Below are positions 16,551 through 25,475 of a stretch of DNA of 51,330 bases, piece after piece; the first letter of the stretch is position 1, and each line of letters starts with the position of its first letter. A program made the translations under genes and the position numbers. The notes beneath the pieces were generated by a model. The model was not told the DNA's origin. It did no database searches and was given only the letters and a program-made list of their open reading frames with translations. This DNA is from Asaia bogorensis (GTDB lineage: Bacteria; Pseudomonadota; Alphaproteobacteria; Rhodospirillales; CAMCUA01): assembly GCA_945878455.1 (NCBI GenBank), contig CAMCUA010000001.1:1-51330 (forward strand), read 5' to 3'.

Positions 16551-17726
16551 TTACAGCGGGTCGGTGTCCGGCGGCAGCCCAAGCATGTAGGCGCCGACCG
16601 TCTGGAAGTGAGCTTTGCGGCCCTGGACCTGCTGCGTCACCGTGTGAATGTCGCGGAAGCGCCGCTCCAACGGGTTGCTCTTGAAGATCGCTGTTGCCCC
16701 GGAGGCGTCGTAGACCATGTCGGCGACCGCCTTGGCCTCGTGAATGGTGAAGGTGGTAAACAGCCGCAGGCGCATGCGCGAATCAGTGGACAGCTCGCCC
16801 TGGGTCTTCGCTTCGTCGCACATCTTGTCCAGATGACCGGTCATCAGGTGCTCCGCCGCGGCGAGCCGGGCCTCAGCCGTCGCCACTTCGGCCTGAACGA
16901 CGTTGTTCTCGCGCAATACAGTTTGCGTCCGGCGCGGCGTTTTGTCAGCCGCCAGAACCTTGAAAATATCGAGCATCTCGCGGGCCAGACCGAAGGCGGT
17001 GGCCGAGAAGCCCACCGAATACATGCCCGACGACGAGAATTCGAACAGCGGCCCGTCGCAAAAACGCTTCTCCACCGCATAGCGTACGAGGGAATACTCG
17101 CTGGGAACGAAGACGTCCTTGACGGCGAGGGCATCGCTCGCCGTGCCGCGCAGTCCGATGACATCCCAGATGTCGGTGAACGACACCTGCGACGCCGGAA
17201 TCAGCATGGTCCGTTCCTTGACGCGACCGTCGGGCATCGCCATCGGCGAATGGCAGCCGAGCCAGGTGGCGTGACGGCTGCCGCTGGCAAACGCCCAACT
17301 GCCGCTGACACGGTATCCGCCGTCAACCACCGTGGCGTTGCCCTTGCCCGGCCCCCAGGCCAATACGCCATGCGGATCGTCGCCCCAGATGTGACGGGCA
17401 ACGGCCGGCTCGACGAATGCCGCCGACATTGCACAGCCGTTCGCCTGGCAAATGCACCAGGCAACGCTGCCGTCGGCGGCAGCCAGCGCCGCCAGGGTGC
17501 GGAAGAAGGTCGACGGAGCGACCTCCTCGCCGCCATACACGCGCGGCAGCAGCAGGCGATAGAACTTCTCCCGATGCAACGCTGCCAGGAGATCGGCCGG
17601 TATCCGGCGGTCGCGCTCAATGGCCTCGCCGGCGGCCAGTATCTGCGCGCGGACATTGGCCACACGGCCGACGATATCCGATGCCGGACGCGGCACGACA
17701 GCCACCGGCGTTGCTTGCGACAGCAT
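16551..17726 (-). CDS. Acyl-CoA-dehydrogenase-fold flavin-dependent monooxygenase, paralogue 2
   Basis: Collinear with paralogue 1: 'DGGYRVSGSWAFASGSRHATWLGC', 'IGLRGTASDALAVKDVFVP', 'LERRFRDIHTVTQQ', 'MLGLPPDTDPL'. Confidence 0.8.
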   Translation of the reverse strand: MLSQATPVAVVPRPASDIVGRVANVRAQILAAGEAIERDRRIPADLLAALHREKFYRLLLPRVYGGEEVAPSTFFRTLAALAAADGSVAWCICQANGCAMSAAFVEPAVARHIWGDDPHGVLAWGPGKGNATVVDGGYRVSGSWAFASGSRHATWLGCHSPMAMPDGRVKERTMLIPASQVSFTDIWDVIGLRGTASDALAVKDVFVPSEYSLVRYAVEKRFCDGPLFEFSSSGMYSVGFSATAFGLAREMLDIFKVLAADKTPRRTQTVLRENNVVQAEVATAEARLAAAEHLMTGHLDKMCDEAKTQGELSTDSRMRLRLFTTFTIHEAKAVADMVYDASGATAIFKSNPLERRFRDIHTVTQQVQGRKAHFQTVGAYMLGLPPDTDPL

Positions 17727-17740
17727 GGTTGCTCCCGCCC

Positions 17741-18679
17741 TTATGCCGAATACGGCGGTGCGTAGGACAGGCTCTCGTAACCGGAGGCGTAGGCGTTGTT
17801 GTTGATCGCCGGATTGCGATTGACCAGCGGCCGGGCATACATCGGGTGGGTCATCGAGCGGATCTCGTGCTCTAGCCGGAAGAGCTTCTTGCCGGACTTC
17901 GGATCGACGATGTCATAGAAGCGGTATTGGAACTGGTTGCTCTCCTGCATTTCCAGTCCCAGGCAGATCATCTTTTTGTGCGGTGCCGAGAAATTGGCAA
18001 CGTACAATTGGATGTGATGGCCGTCGTAGTCGGGAAGCGGCGCATCGGTCTCGCGGAAGATCAGGAACTGGCGGCAACCGACGGTCACATGCGCCGCCTT
18101 GGCCGCGCCCTTCTTGGCAGAGCCGTTTTTCGCACCATTCTTTCCAGCCCCACCCTCCACCGAGGTAAAGGCGCCGAGTACATCGCTGTAGAAGCGGGCG
18201 ATGCCCTCGGCCGCACCCATGGGCACGTCGAATTCGACATAGGGGATGCCGAGCTGAATCTTGCCGAAATCCGGATCGGGCGCATGGACGCGCAACTGGT
18301 TGCCCCAGGGGCAGGTCACATCGATGCGGCTGTTGCGCACCTTGAAGGCAAATTTGGTCTTCTTCAGCGGCTCTTGCACCATGGCCAGCGTGCGCGCCGT
18401 GGCGGAGGGATCGGGCACCACCATGCCAATGCGACCGCGCAGCACCTGCGGCGTCTGACCGGCCATGGTCACCGGTAGATGAAACTGGTTACGCCCCATG
18501 TTGACCCACATGTTGCGCACGCCGGTATTGAGATAAGGGTCGCGGGTGAAGCCCAGACCGGTGATGTAAAACAGCGTTGCCGTGTGGTGATCGGCTACCG
18601 TGAGGTTGACATGTTCGAGGCCGACCACATTGCCGAAATCCTCGACGCTCCGGTCGAAACGCTTCGTAACCTTCTTCAT
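17741..18679 (-). CDS. Uncharacterised two-module VOC-like (glyoxalase/ring-cleavage dioxygenase fold) protein
   Basis: 312 aa with a GGAGGA RBS. Candidate metal ligands are 'LEHVNLTV' (H23), 'GHHIQLYV' (H221/222) and 'FRLEHEIRS' (E270/272). It has a Gly/Ala/Lys-rich insert, 'EGGAGKNGAKNGSAKKGAAKAA'. The fold call is an inference. Confidence 0.5.
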   Translation of the reverse strand: MKKVTKRFDRSVEDFGNVVGLEHVNLTVADHHTATLFYITGLGFTRDPYLNTGVRNMWVNMGRNQFHLPVTMAGQTPQVLRGRIGMVVPDPSATARTLAMVQEPLKKTKFAFKVRNSRIDVTCPWGNQLRVHAPDPDFGKIQLGIPYVEFDVPMGAAEGIARFYSDVLGAFTSVEGGAGKNGAKNGSAKKGAAKAAHVTVGCRQFLIFRETDAPLPDYDGHHIQLYVANFSAPHKKMICLGLEMQESNQFQYRFYDIVDPKSGKKLFRLEHEIRSMTHPMYARPLVNRNPAINNNAYASGYESLSYAPPYSA

Positions 18680-18872
18680 GACTAGTCCTCCGCTGGATCC
18701 GATGCCTTCTTTTGCCTAATGTTAGGATGGAAGCGCTGCCTTGGCGAGATTCTTTCTAAGCGAATACCCCTTGTGCAGCGCACCATCGCGGCACCGAAAA
18801 AACCGCTCATTGCAGCGTCGCCGGGATGGATTAGGTTGACGCTGCAGCCCGGCAACACGCGGAGAGATCGCC

Positions 18873-19850
18873 GTGAACACCGTTCTTCTCATCCTTGGCG
18901 GCGGCATACTGGCTGTCGTCCTGCTGCTGGCCGGCATGATCGGCTTCGGCGCCGGCCAACCGCCGCCGCCGCTAGTTTCGATCAGCGATCCGTTCAAAGG
19001 CGTCGATTTCCGCGATCTGCCACCCATCGAGACGACGCCGGCCCGCCAAGGAGCACCCATCGCCTTTCGCACCTATGCCGCCGGGGGCAACCCAGCCGGG
19101 CCGGGGCGCGTTGTCATCGCCATCCATGGCTCGTCAGCCAACAGTTCCAGCCTGCACCCGCTGGCCAAAGCGCTGCGGGCCGACGGCATCGCCGTCTACG
19201 CTCCCGACATGCGCGGGCACGGCGGCACCGGCCAGCGCGGCGATATCGACTATGCCGGCCAGTTGGACGACGACCTTGCCGACTTCCTGGCCTTCGTTAA
19301 AGGCCGCCATCCGGGCGCCCCGGTCGTCCTGCTTGGCCTGTCGTCGGGCGGCGGCTTCGCCTTGCACGCCGCCGCGTCCGCCATCGGCGGGCAGTTCGAG
19401 AGAACTGTCCTGCTGGCACCGATGCTGGGCGTCGGCGCGCCAACCGTCTCGCCCGCCGTCAATACCTGGGCGACGCTGTTCGTACCCCGCGTCATCGGTC
19501 TCTTCCTGCTCGACAAGATCGGCATTCATAACTTCGAGTATCTGCCCGTTCTCGCCTTCGCGCTGGCGCCCGAGCACCGGTCGGCGCTGACCGGCACCTA
19601 TTCGTTCCGGCTGATGAAGGCTTTCGGAACGACGGACTACGCCGCCGATCTGCGCCGGGCGCCGCGTCCCATCACCGTCCTGGTCGGCGAGCTCGACGAG
19701 CTGTTTCACGCCGCCCTGTTCGCACCCACCGTACGGGCGGTGCGCCCGGACGCAACCGTCAGCGTGCTTCCCGGTCTTTCCCACGTCGGCATCGCCATCG
19801 ACGCCCGCGCCGTTCCGGCCATCGCGGCGGCAGTTCGCGGCACCCCCTAA
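18873..19850 (+). CDS. Membrane-anchored alpha/beta hydrolase (lysophospholipase/monoglyceride-lipase-like)
   Basis: GTG start with a GGAGAG RBS. N-terminal TM 'VLLILGGGILAVVLLLAGMIGF', 'IAIHGSSANSSSL', 'APDMRGHGGTG', and nucleophile elbow 'GLSSGGG'. Confidence 0.8.
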   Translation: MNTVLLILGGGILAVVLLLAGMIGFGAGQPPPPLVSISDPFKGVDFRDLPPIETTPARQGAPIAFRTYAAGGNPAGPGRVVIAIHGSSANSSSLHPLAKALRADGIAVYAPDMRGHGGTGQRGDIDYAGQLDDDLADFLAFVKGRHPGAPVVLLGLSSGGGFALHAAASAIGGQFERTVLLAPMLGVGAPTVSPAVNTWATLFVPRVIGLFLLDKIGIHNFEYLPVLAFALAPEHRSALTGTYSFRLMKAFGTTDYAADLRRAPRPITVLVGELDELFHAALFAPTVRAVRPDATVSVLPGLSHVGIAIDARAVPAIAAAVRGTP

Positions 19851-21742
19851 CGGGGGCGTTTGGCGTAGCCGATCCGCCCCAGGGCGGCACCGATCTCGGC
19901 AAGGACCGCCGGTTCGTCGATGGTCGCCGGCAGGCGGTATTCGACGCCGTCGGCGATCTTCTGCATGGTGCCGCGCAGGATCTTGCCCGAGCGCGTCTTC
20001 GGCAGGCGGGGCACGACAACGGCCTGCCGGAACGACGCCACCGGACCGATTTTTTCGCGCACTAGGCGCACCACATCGGCAACGATCTCGGCCTCACCGC
20101 GCGCAACGCCGGCCTTGAGCACCATGAAGCCGACGGGGACCTGACCCTTCAGGTGGTCGGCAACGCCGATGACGGCGCATTCGGCAACATCGGGATGGGC
20201 GGCGAGGACTTCTTCCATGCCGCCGGTGGACAGGCGGTGACCGGCGACGTTGATGATGTCGTCGGTACGCGCCATGACATAGACGTAGCCGTCGTCGTCG
20301 ACATAGCCGGCATCCGCCGTCTGGTAGTAGCCGGGATAGGTGTCGAAGTAGGCGTGGCGGCAGCGCGCTTCGGCATTCCACAGGGTCAGCAGGCTGGCCG
20401 GGGCCATCGGCAGGCGGGCGACTAGGGCACCGATCTCGCCGGGCTTGGCCTTGTTTCCCCTCTCGTCGAGCACGTGGATGTCCCAGCCCGGTGCCGGGCG
20501 GCTGGGCGAGCCCGCCTTCACCGGGATCGGGCAGAGTCCCATGCAGTTGGCAGCAATCGACCAGGCGGTTTCCGTCTGCCACCAGTGATCGATGACGGGC
20601 CGCTCCAGGTGCCGTTCCGCCCAGTGCAAGGTATCCGGGTCAGTGCGCTCACCGGCCAAGAATAGTATGCGGAATTTCGATAGGTCGTAACGCTTCAGCA
20701 GCAGGGCATCGGGATCTTCGCGCTTGATGGCGCGAAAGGCCGTCGGCGCCGTGAACATCGCCTTCACCCCGTGTTCGGCAATCACCCGCCAGAAGGCGCC
20801 GGCGTCAGGCGTGCCAACCGGCTTGCCTTCGTAAAGGATGGTCGTGCAGCCGTGCAGCAGCGGCGCGTAGACGATGTAGGAATGGCCGACCACCCAGCCG
20901 ACATCGGAAGCCGCCCAGAAGACGTCGCCGGGATCGATGTCGTAGACCGCCTTCATGGAATAGCGGAGCGCCACCATGTGGCCGCCGTTGTCACGGACAA
21001 CACCTTTGGGCAAGCCGGTCGTTCCCGAGGTATAGAGGATGTAAAGCGGGTCAGTAGCCTTGACCGTCACGCAGTCGGCGGGCAGCGCGGCGGCCTCCGC
21101 CATGTCCCAATCGACGGCACCATCCAGGTCGCACAGGCCTTGCAGCCGCTGCTTAACCATGCGGAAATCCGGTTTGTGCCTGGCCAGGGCGACAGCACCG
21201 TCGAGCAACGACTTATAGGGGATGACGCGGCCAGCCTCGATGCCGCAGGACGCGGTGAGGATGGCCTTCGGTTGACAGTCGTCGATGCGGATCGCCAGTT
21301 CATTGGCGGCAAAGCCGCCGAACACAACGGAATGGATCGCCCCCAAGCGGGCGCAGGCGAGCATGGCTATCGCCGCTTCGGGTATCCCCGGCATATAGAT
21401 AATGACCCGGTCGCCCTTGGCGATGCCCCGGTCCTGCAGGGCGCCGGCAACTTTGGCGACACGGTCGCGCAGTTGACGGTAGGTGAAGCGGGCGATGGTA
21501 CCAGTGACCGGGCTATCATAGATAAGGGCGACTTGTTCGCCGCGGCCTTGCGTGACGTGGCGGTCGAGCGCGTTGTGGCAGGTGTTGCACTCGGCGCCGG
21601 GAAACCAGCGGTCGAAGGGGGTGTTGCTGCGATCCAGCACCCGGTCCCACGGCTTGAACCAATCGATGCCGCCGGCCACCTCGCCCCAGAAGCCTTCCGG
21701 ATCGGCGATGGAACGCCGGTGCGCGTCTTCGTAGGCGTTCAT
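19847..21742 (-). CDS. prpE: Propionate-CoA ligase (acetyl/propionyl-CoA synthetase family)
   Basis: 631 aa. 'MNAYEDAHRRSIADPEGFWGEVA...WFPGAECNTCHNALDRHV', 'YTSGTTGLPKGV', and C-terminal 'LPKTRSGKILRGTM'. The size and N-terminus match PrpE rather than Acs (recalled). Confidence 0.75.
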   Translation of the reverse strand: MNAYEDAHRRSIADPEGFWGEVAGGIDWFKPWDRVLDRSNTPFDRWFPGAECNTCHNALDRHVTQGRGEQVALIYDSPVTGTIARFTYRQLRDRVAKVAGALQDRGIAKGDRVIIYMPGIPEAAIAMLACARLGAIHSVVFGGFAANELAIRIDDCQPKAILTASCGIEAGRVIPYKSLLDGAVALARHKPDFRMVKQRLQGLCDLDGAVDWDMAEAAALPADCVTVKATDPLYILYTSGTTGLPKGVVRDNGGHMVALRYSMKAVYDIDPGDVFWAASDVGWVVGHSYIVYAPLLHGCTTILYEGKPVGTPDAGAFWRVIAEHGVKAMFTAPTAFRAIKREDPDALLLKRYDLSKFRILFLAGERTDPDTLHWAERHLERPVIDHWWQTETAWSIAANCMGLCPIPVKAGSPSRPAPGWDIHVLDERGNKAKPGEIGALVARLPMAPASLLTLWNAEARCRHAYFDTYPGYYQTADAGYVDDDGYVYVMARTDDIINVAGHRLSTGGMEEVLAAHPDVAECAVIGVADHLKGQVPVGFMVLKAGVARGEAEIVADVVRLVREKIGPVASFRQAVVVPRLPKTRSGKILRGTMQKIADGVEYRLPATIDEPAVLAEIGAALGRIGYAKRPR

Positions 21743-21838
21743 GAGCGCAACCGTTCCACACCTTTCCCGTCCACGTCCGTGCCGAAGCCGACGGCCTCGG
21801 TCAGCGGGTGGGCGACGATCTCCGTGATCTTCACGGGA

Positions 21839-22987
21839 TCACGACCGCAATTTCTCGACGGCCTTCCAGTCGATTTCGACACCGAAGCCGGGCTCTTCGG
21901 TCAGATGCACCTTGCCGCCCTTCACATGGGCGCCGCCCCGATAGATGCCGTGCTGGATCGGATGGCGTTCGTGGCTGCCATGGGATTCGGCCGCGAAGGC
22001 GGCATCGCCGAAGGCCGAGACGATGTGACTGTGCAGGTGTTGCGCCGTGTGCGGCGCGATCATCACGCCCTTCTGTTCGGCATAGTGGGCGATGCGCAGG
22101 GATTCAGTGAAGCCGGCGTGGCGGGTCGAATCGAACTGCACGTAGCGGATGGAGCCGGAATCGATGAAGTCGCGCACGGTGAAGCGGTGCCATTCACGCT
22201 CGCAATGGGCGAGCGGAATCGGTGAGGCATTGGCCAGGCGCACGTAATCAGCGGGCTGCAGGTGCCAGAACAAGGGCTCCTCCAACCAGAAGATATCGTG
22301 GGGCGCCACCGCATGGGCGAAGCGGATGCAGCCTTCGACGTCATAGGGTGCGTTCATGTCGAGCATGAGCAAGGTATCGGGACCGATGACCTTGCGTACG
22401 GCGCGGATGCGCTTCACCTCGTCGGCGATCGATAAAGCGCCGGTCTTCAGTTTCACGGCGCGATAGCCGTTGGCGACGTAGCCTGCAAATTCCTCGGCAC
22501 AGGATTCGAGCGGTGCACCTTCGACGTAATATCCACCTGTCGAATACGTGAAGACCTCGGTACGGGTGCCGCCCAACAGACGAAACACGGGCAGTCCGGC
22601 GGCGCGGCCCTTAATGTCCCACAACGCAATATCGATTCCACCGATGGCGGCCATGATCTGTGGCCGCTGACCACGCGGCAACGGCGCCGGCAGCCCATCC
22701 CAATCGCCGAGCCCGCCGGGGCGCGGCACCGTCAGCGAGAACAGCTTGTTCCACACCTCGACATGGCCAAGTGCGTCCATGCCCTTGATCACCTCACCGA
22801 AGGTCTTGCCGAAATCGCAAATCGCCTTTTGCGGGCCGCCGGCGATTTCGCCGTAACCGACGATGCCATCGTCGGTCTTGACCTCGACCAGGATGAGCTG
22901 CGCCGCATCGGCATATTCGTGCGCTGTCCAACTGCCTTGGTCGTACTTGGCGGTCATCGGATGGAACCGCACGTCAGCAATCTTCAT
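21839..22987 (-). CDS. Enolase-superfamily enzyme, mandelate-racemase subgroup (acid-sugar dehydratase-like)
   Basis: KxK 'AVKLKTG'; metal ligands 'LMLDMN', 'WLEEP', 'AHCERE'; Asp/His dyad 'VQFDS', 'IAPHTA'. The ATG at 22987 is about 8 nt from GGGGAGG, and an alternative GTG lies at 22993. Confidence 0.85.
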   Translation of the reverse strand: MKIADVRFHPMTAKYDQGSWTAHEYADAAQLILVEVKTDDGIVGYGEIAGGPQKAICDFGKTFGEVIKGMDALGHVEVWNKLFSLTVPRPGGLGDWDGLPAPLPRGQRPQIMAAIGGIDIALWDIKGRAAGLPVFRLLGGTRTEVFTYSTGGYYVEGAPLESCAEEFAGYVANGYRAVKLKTGALSIADEVKRIRAVRKVIGPDTLLMLDMNAPYDVEGCIRFAHAVAPHDIFWLEEPLFWHLQPADYVRLANASPIPLAHCEREWHRFTVRDFIDSGSIRYVQFDSTRHAGFTESLRIAHYAEQKGVMIAPHTAQHLHSHIVSAFGDAAFAAESHGSHERHPIQHGIYRGGAHVKGGKVHLTEEPGFGVEIDWKAVEKLRS

Positions 22988-23244
22988 GGCCACGCCTCCC
23001 CCAGGGATTCTGCTATTTGTTCAGCCGTCGAAGGGACTATAGCCACGGCCCAATGCTGTTGCCTATCGGTCAATCGGCACAACGGGCAGCGCATCGATCG
23101 CGCAGGACCATTCGCGCACCGCTGCGGCACGGCAGATCGGGGAACGGACGTCGACCTTCCGCCGGCTACATAAGCCTGTCCCGGGCGGCATTCGTCCGTA
23201 TTCTCAAGGCGGACGGCGAGTCCGCCAATGGCAGGCCAGTCGGG

Positions 23245-23409
23245 CTAGGCGCCGAGACCGGCGAGCTGATCCTTTATTCGCAATTTTTGCTTTTTCAGAC
23301 TGGCGATTTCGCTGTCGTCGGGGTGAGGTCTGGTGGCCGCCACCTCGATCTTGCTTTCAATCGAATGATGCTTGTCTTTCAAGGAGTTAATCCTGTCTTC
23401 TAGGCTCAT
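23245..23409 (-). CDS. DUF465 (YdcH-like) small coiled-coil protein
   Basis: 'MSLEDRINSLKDKHHSIESKIE...EIASLKKQKLRIKDQLAGL' carries the DUF465 signature LKK.KL.LKD. The longer ORF up to 23478 is AT-rich at its 5' end. Confidence 0.7.
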   Translation of the reverse strand: MSLEDRINSLKDKHHSIESKIEVAATRPHPDDSEIASLKKQKLRIKDQLAGLGA

Positions 23410-23549
23410 AACGTCAGTCCTCCGATATCTGTCGAAAAGAAGGAACGACGACATTATACGCCCATTGGGCATCGACATCGAGTCTGAGGGACGGACGGCT
23501 AATTCGGAGCCGAGGCATCGACAGCTAACCGCAGGTATTATTCCATTTA

Positions 23550-25475
23550 TTAGGGCGACGCACCCACCATCGCTTTGCCGGACCCATCGTTCCAGTAGAC
23601 CAAGTGGATACCCTCCGCCTGGCGCTTCGACTCCTTCTTGGATTGCGCCATCAAGCGGACGAGGTTTTCGTATTCCGGACGCTCGGCAGCCTCCGGCACC
23701 ACGACGATTCCGGCACTGACTGTGAGCAGGGAAAATTCCATAACGACGCCGTCGCGCGATTTGGCGATGATGGATCGCCGTTCGCGAGCTTCAGCATCGT
23801 AAAAGCTGACCACGTCAGAATGGAACCTTTCGGCCAGGGCAGCGACGCGAACACACACATCGTCTGCCGGTTCCTCACGCATGATAAGAACGAAATCATC
23901 GCCCCCGACGTGACCGATGAAGGCACCGATCCCGGCGGCCATCTGCACCAGCATATCGGCGAACAACATGATGACGCGGTCACCCTGGCGGAACCCATAG
24001 GTGTCGTTGAAAGGCTTGAAGTTATCGAAATCGAAGTAGACCAGAGCCAATACCCCGCCTGCCTCGGTCAATAGCCCGCGCAAATGCTGATCGATCGCAT
24101 GATTTCCGGGAAGACCCGTCAACGGGTTCTGCTCGCGCGCAGCGGTCAGATTCTTCTCGTTGACCAGTTTCAGCAGGTGCGAGGCGGTTAGAAAACCCAA
24201 GTACTTCTGGTCATCGGTGACGATGATGCCTTCGGGAAGATCGTTGAACGAATAGGTCGCCAGCATGCGTTCAACGTCGCTGCGGATGTCGACCACCCGG
24301 CCCGGCGTGAGGAAATCCCGTAGCGTGCGGCTGAAGCCGCGATTACGGATGAGGTCGCGGCCGAATCGCGAATAGATCAACTCCTTGAGGTCGTCCTCGC
24401 GTACCAGCCCTTGCGGCTCGTTCATCTCGTTGACGACAGGTACAAAGCCGACCCCACTTTCCACGCTGAACCGCTCCAGCACCTGCGACAACGGAGCATT
24501 GAGACTGAGCGGTTCAAGGCGCAACATGGCTTCAAGCACATTGCTTTGCCCCCGCAGACCACTGCGCCGGTCATTGGCGCACAAATCCTCAATGACGGGA
24601 TAACGATTGGTGAGCGTGTCCAACTCCATCGTCGGCCGCTGGATGAAATAGCCCTGAGCAAAATCGCAACCGATCTCGCGGCAAGCGAGCAATTCGCGCA
24701 CCGTCTCCACACCCTCGGCGATGACGCGGATACCCAGCGTGTGGGACAATTCCACGATGCGAGACACGAACAGCTTCTTGTGCTGATCAGTGGCTATTTC
24801 CGAAACGAAAAAGCGGTCGATCTTTACGAAATCGGCTTTGCTGCCGTAAAGCAGCCGCAGACCGGCAAATCCGGCACCGAAGTCATCGACGGCCAAACGA
24901 AAGCCCTGATCGCGGTAATCGTCGACGAAGCCGCCAATATGATCGAGAGAAATTTCATGACGTTCCGAGATTTCCAGAATGACTTTATAGGGGTCTACTC
25001 CCCAGCGGTCCAACAGTTGGCGGCTTCGCCTGGCGTCAAAGTCTTTGGTGCTTGGCGTGCGGTTGTCGAGGTTGAGGAACAACCGTACCGAATCGTGGAA
25101 CGTCAGTGTTACGAAGGCCTGCAACGCTTTATCGAAAACGACGGAGTCCAATTGGTGCAACACGCCGAAGCCCTCGGCAGCGTCGAACACGTCATGGATT
25201 TCAGCGAAGCCAAGTTCGTTGTGGCCACGGAACAAAGCCTCCAATCCATAGCAACGGCCCGTCGATAGGCTGACAATAGGTTGAAAGGCGATCTCGACCT
25301 CAGTACTGGCATGACACAGCAAGTCGCCACCATCGCGATAGCGCGCCGTGCCCTCTTCCTTCATCCGCGCAACGGTGAACAGCGGCGGGCGATGCCAATG
25401 GCGCCAGACGTGACCATCGTCATTGACCGGCCCAGGCGATGGAAACTCGGGAAGCACTTTCATCAGATCGCTCAT
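23550..25475 (-). CDS. c-di-GMP phosphodiesterase/cyclase-type signalling protein, EAL - CBS pair - GGDEF(GGDDF)
   Basis: EAL domain: 'YGLEALFRG', 'EISER', 'DDFGAGFAGL', 'KIDRFFV', 'AEGVET', 'QGYF'. The CBS region is 'VLEAMLRLEPLSLNAPLSQV...VPVVNEMNEPQGLVRE'. The GGDEF-like domain is 'NPLTGLPGN...YFDFDNFKPFNDTYGFRQGD...GHVGGDDFVLIM'. Confidence 0.85.
   Translation of the reverse strand: MSDLMKVLPEFPSPGPVNDDGHVWRHWHRPPLFTVARMKEEGTARYRDGGDLLCHASTEVEIAFQPIVSLSTGRCYGLEALFRGHNELGFAEIHDVFDAAEGFGVLHQLDSVVFDKALQAFVTLTFHDSVRLFLNLDNRTPSTKDFDARRSRQLLDRWGVDPYKVILEISERHEISLDHIGGFVDDYRDQGFRLAVDDFGAGFAGLRLLYGSKADFVKIDRFFVSEIATDQHKKLFVSRIVELSHTLGIRVIAEGVETVRELLACREIGCDFAQGYFIQRPTMELDTLTNRYPVIEDLCANDRRSGLRGQSNVLEAMLRLEPLSLNAPLSQVLERFSVESGVGFVPVVNEMNEPQGLVREDDLKELIYSRFGRDLIRNRGFSRTLRDFLTPGRVVDIRSDVERMLATYSFNDLPEGIIVTDDQKYLGFLTASHLLKLVNEKNLTAAREQNPLTGLPGNHAIDQHLRGLLTEAGGVLALVYFDFDNFKPFNDTYGFRQGDRVIMLFADMLVQMAAGIGAFIGHVGGDDFVLIMREEPADDVCVRVAALAERFHSDVVSFYDAEARERRSIIAKSRDGVVMEFSLLTVSAGIVVVPEAAERPEYENLVRLMAQSKKESKRQAEGIHLVYWNDGSGKAMVGASP

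Noticed and set aside
16278-17765. 495-aa ORF antisense to the two ACAD-fold genes
   Set aside because: The composition is of the shadow-ORF type (R/A/G/P-rich). It spans an intergenic gap and two real genes, and no family resemblance was seen.
20771-22225. 484-aa ORF antisense to prpE and the enolase-family gene
   Set aside because: For the same reasons: it is the antisense frame of strongly supported genes in GC-rich DNA.
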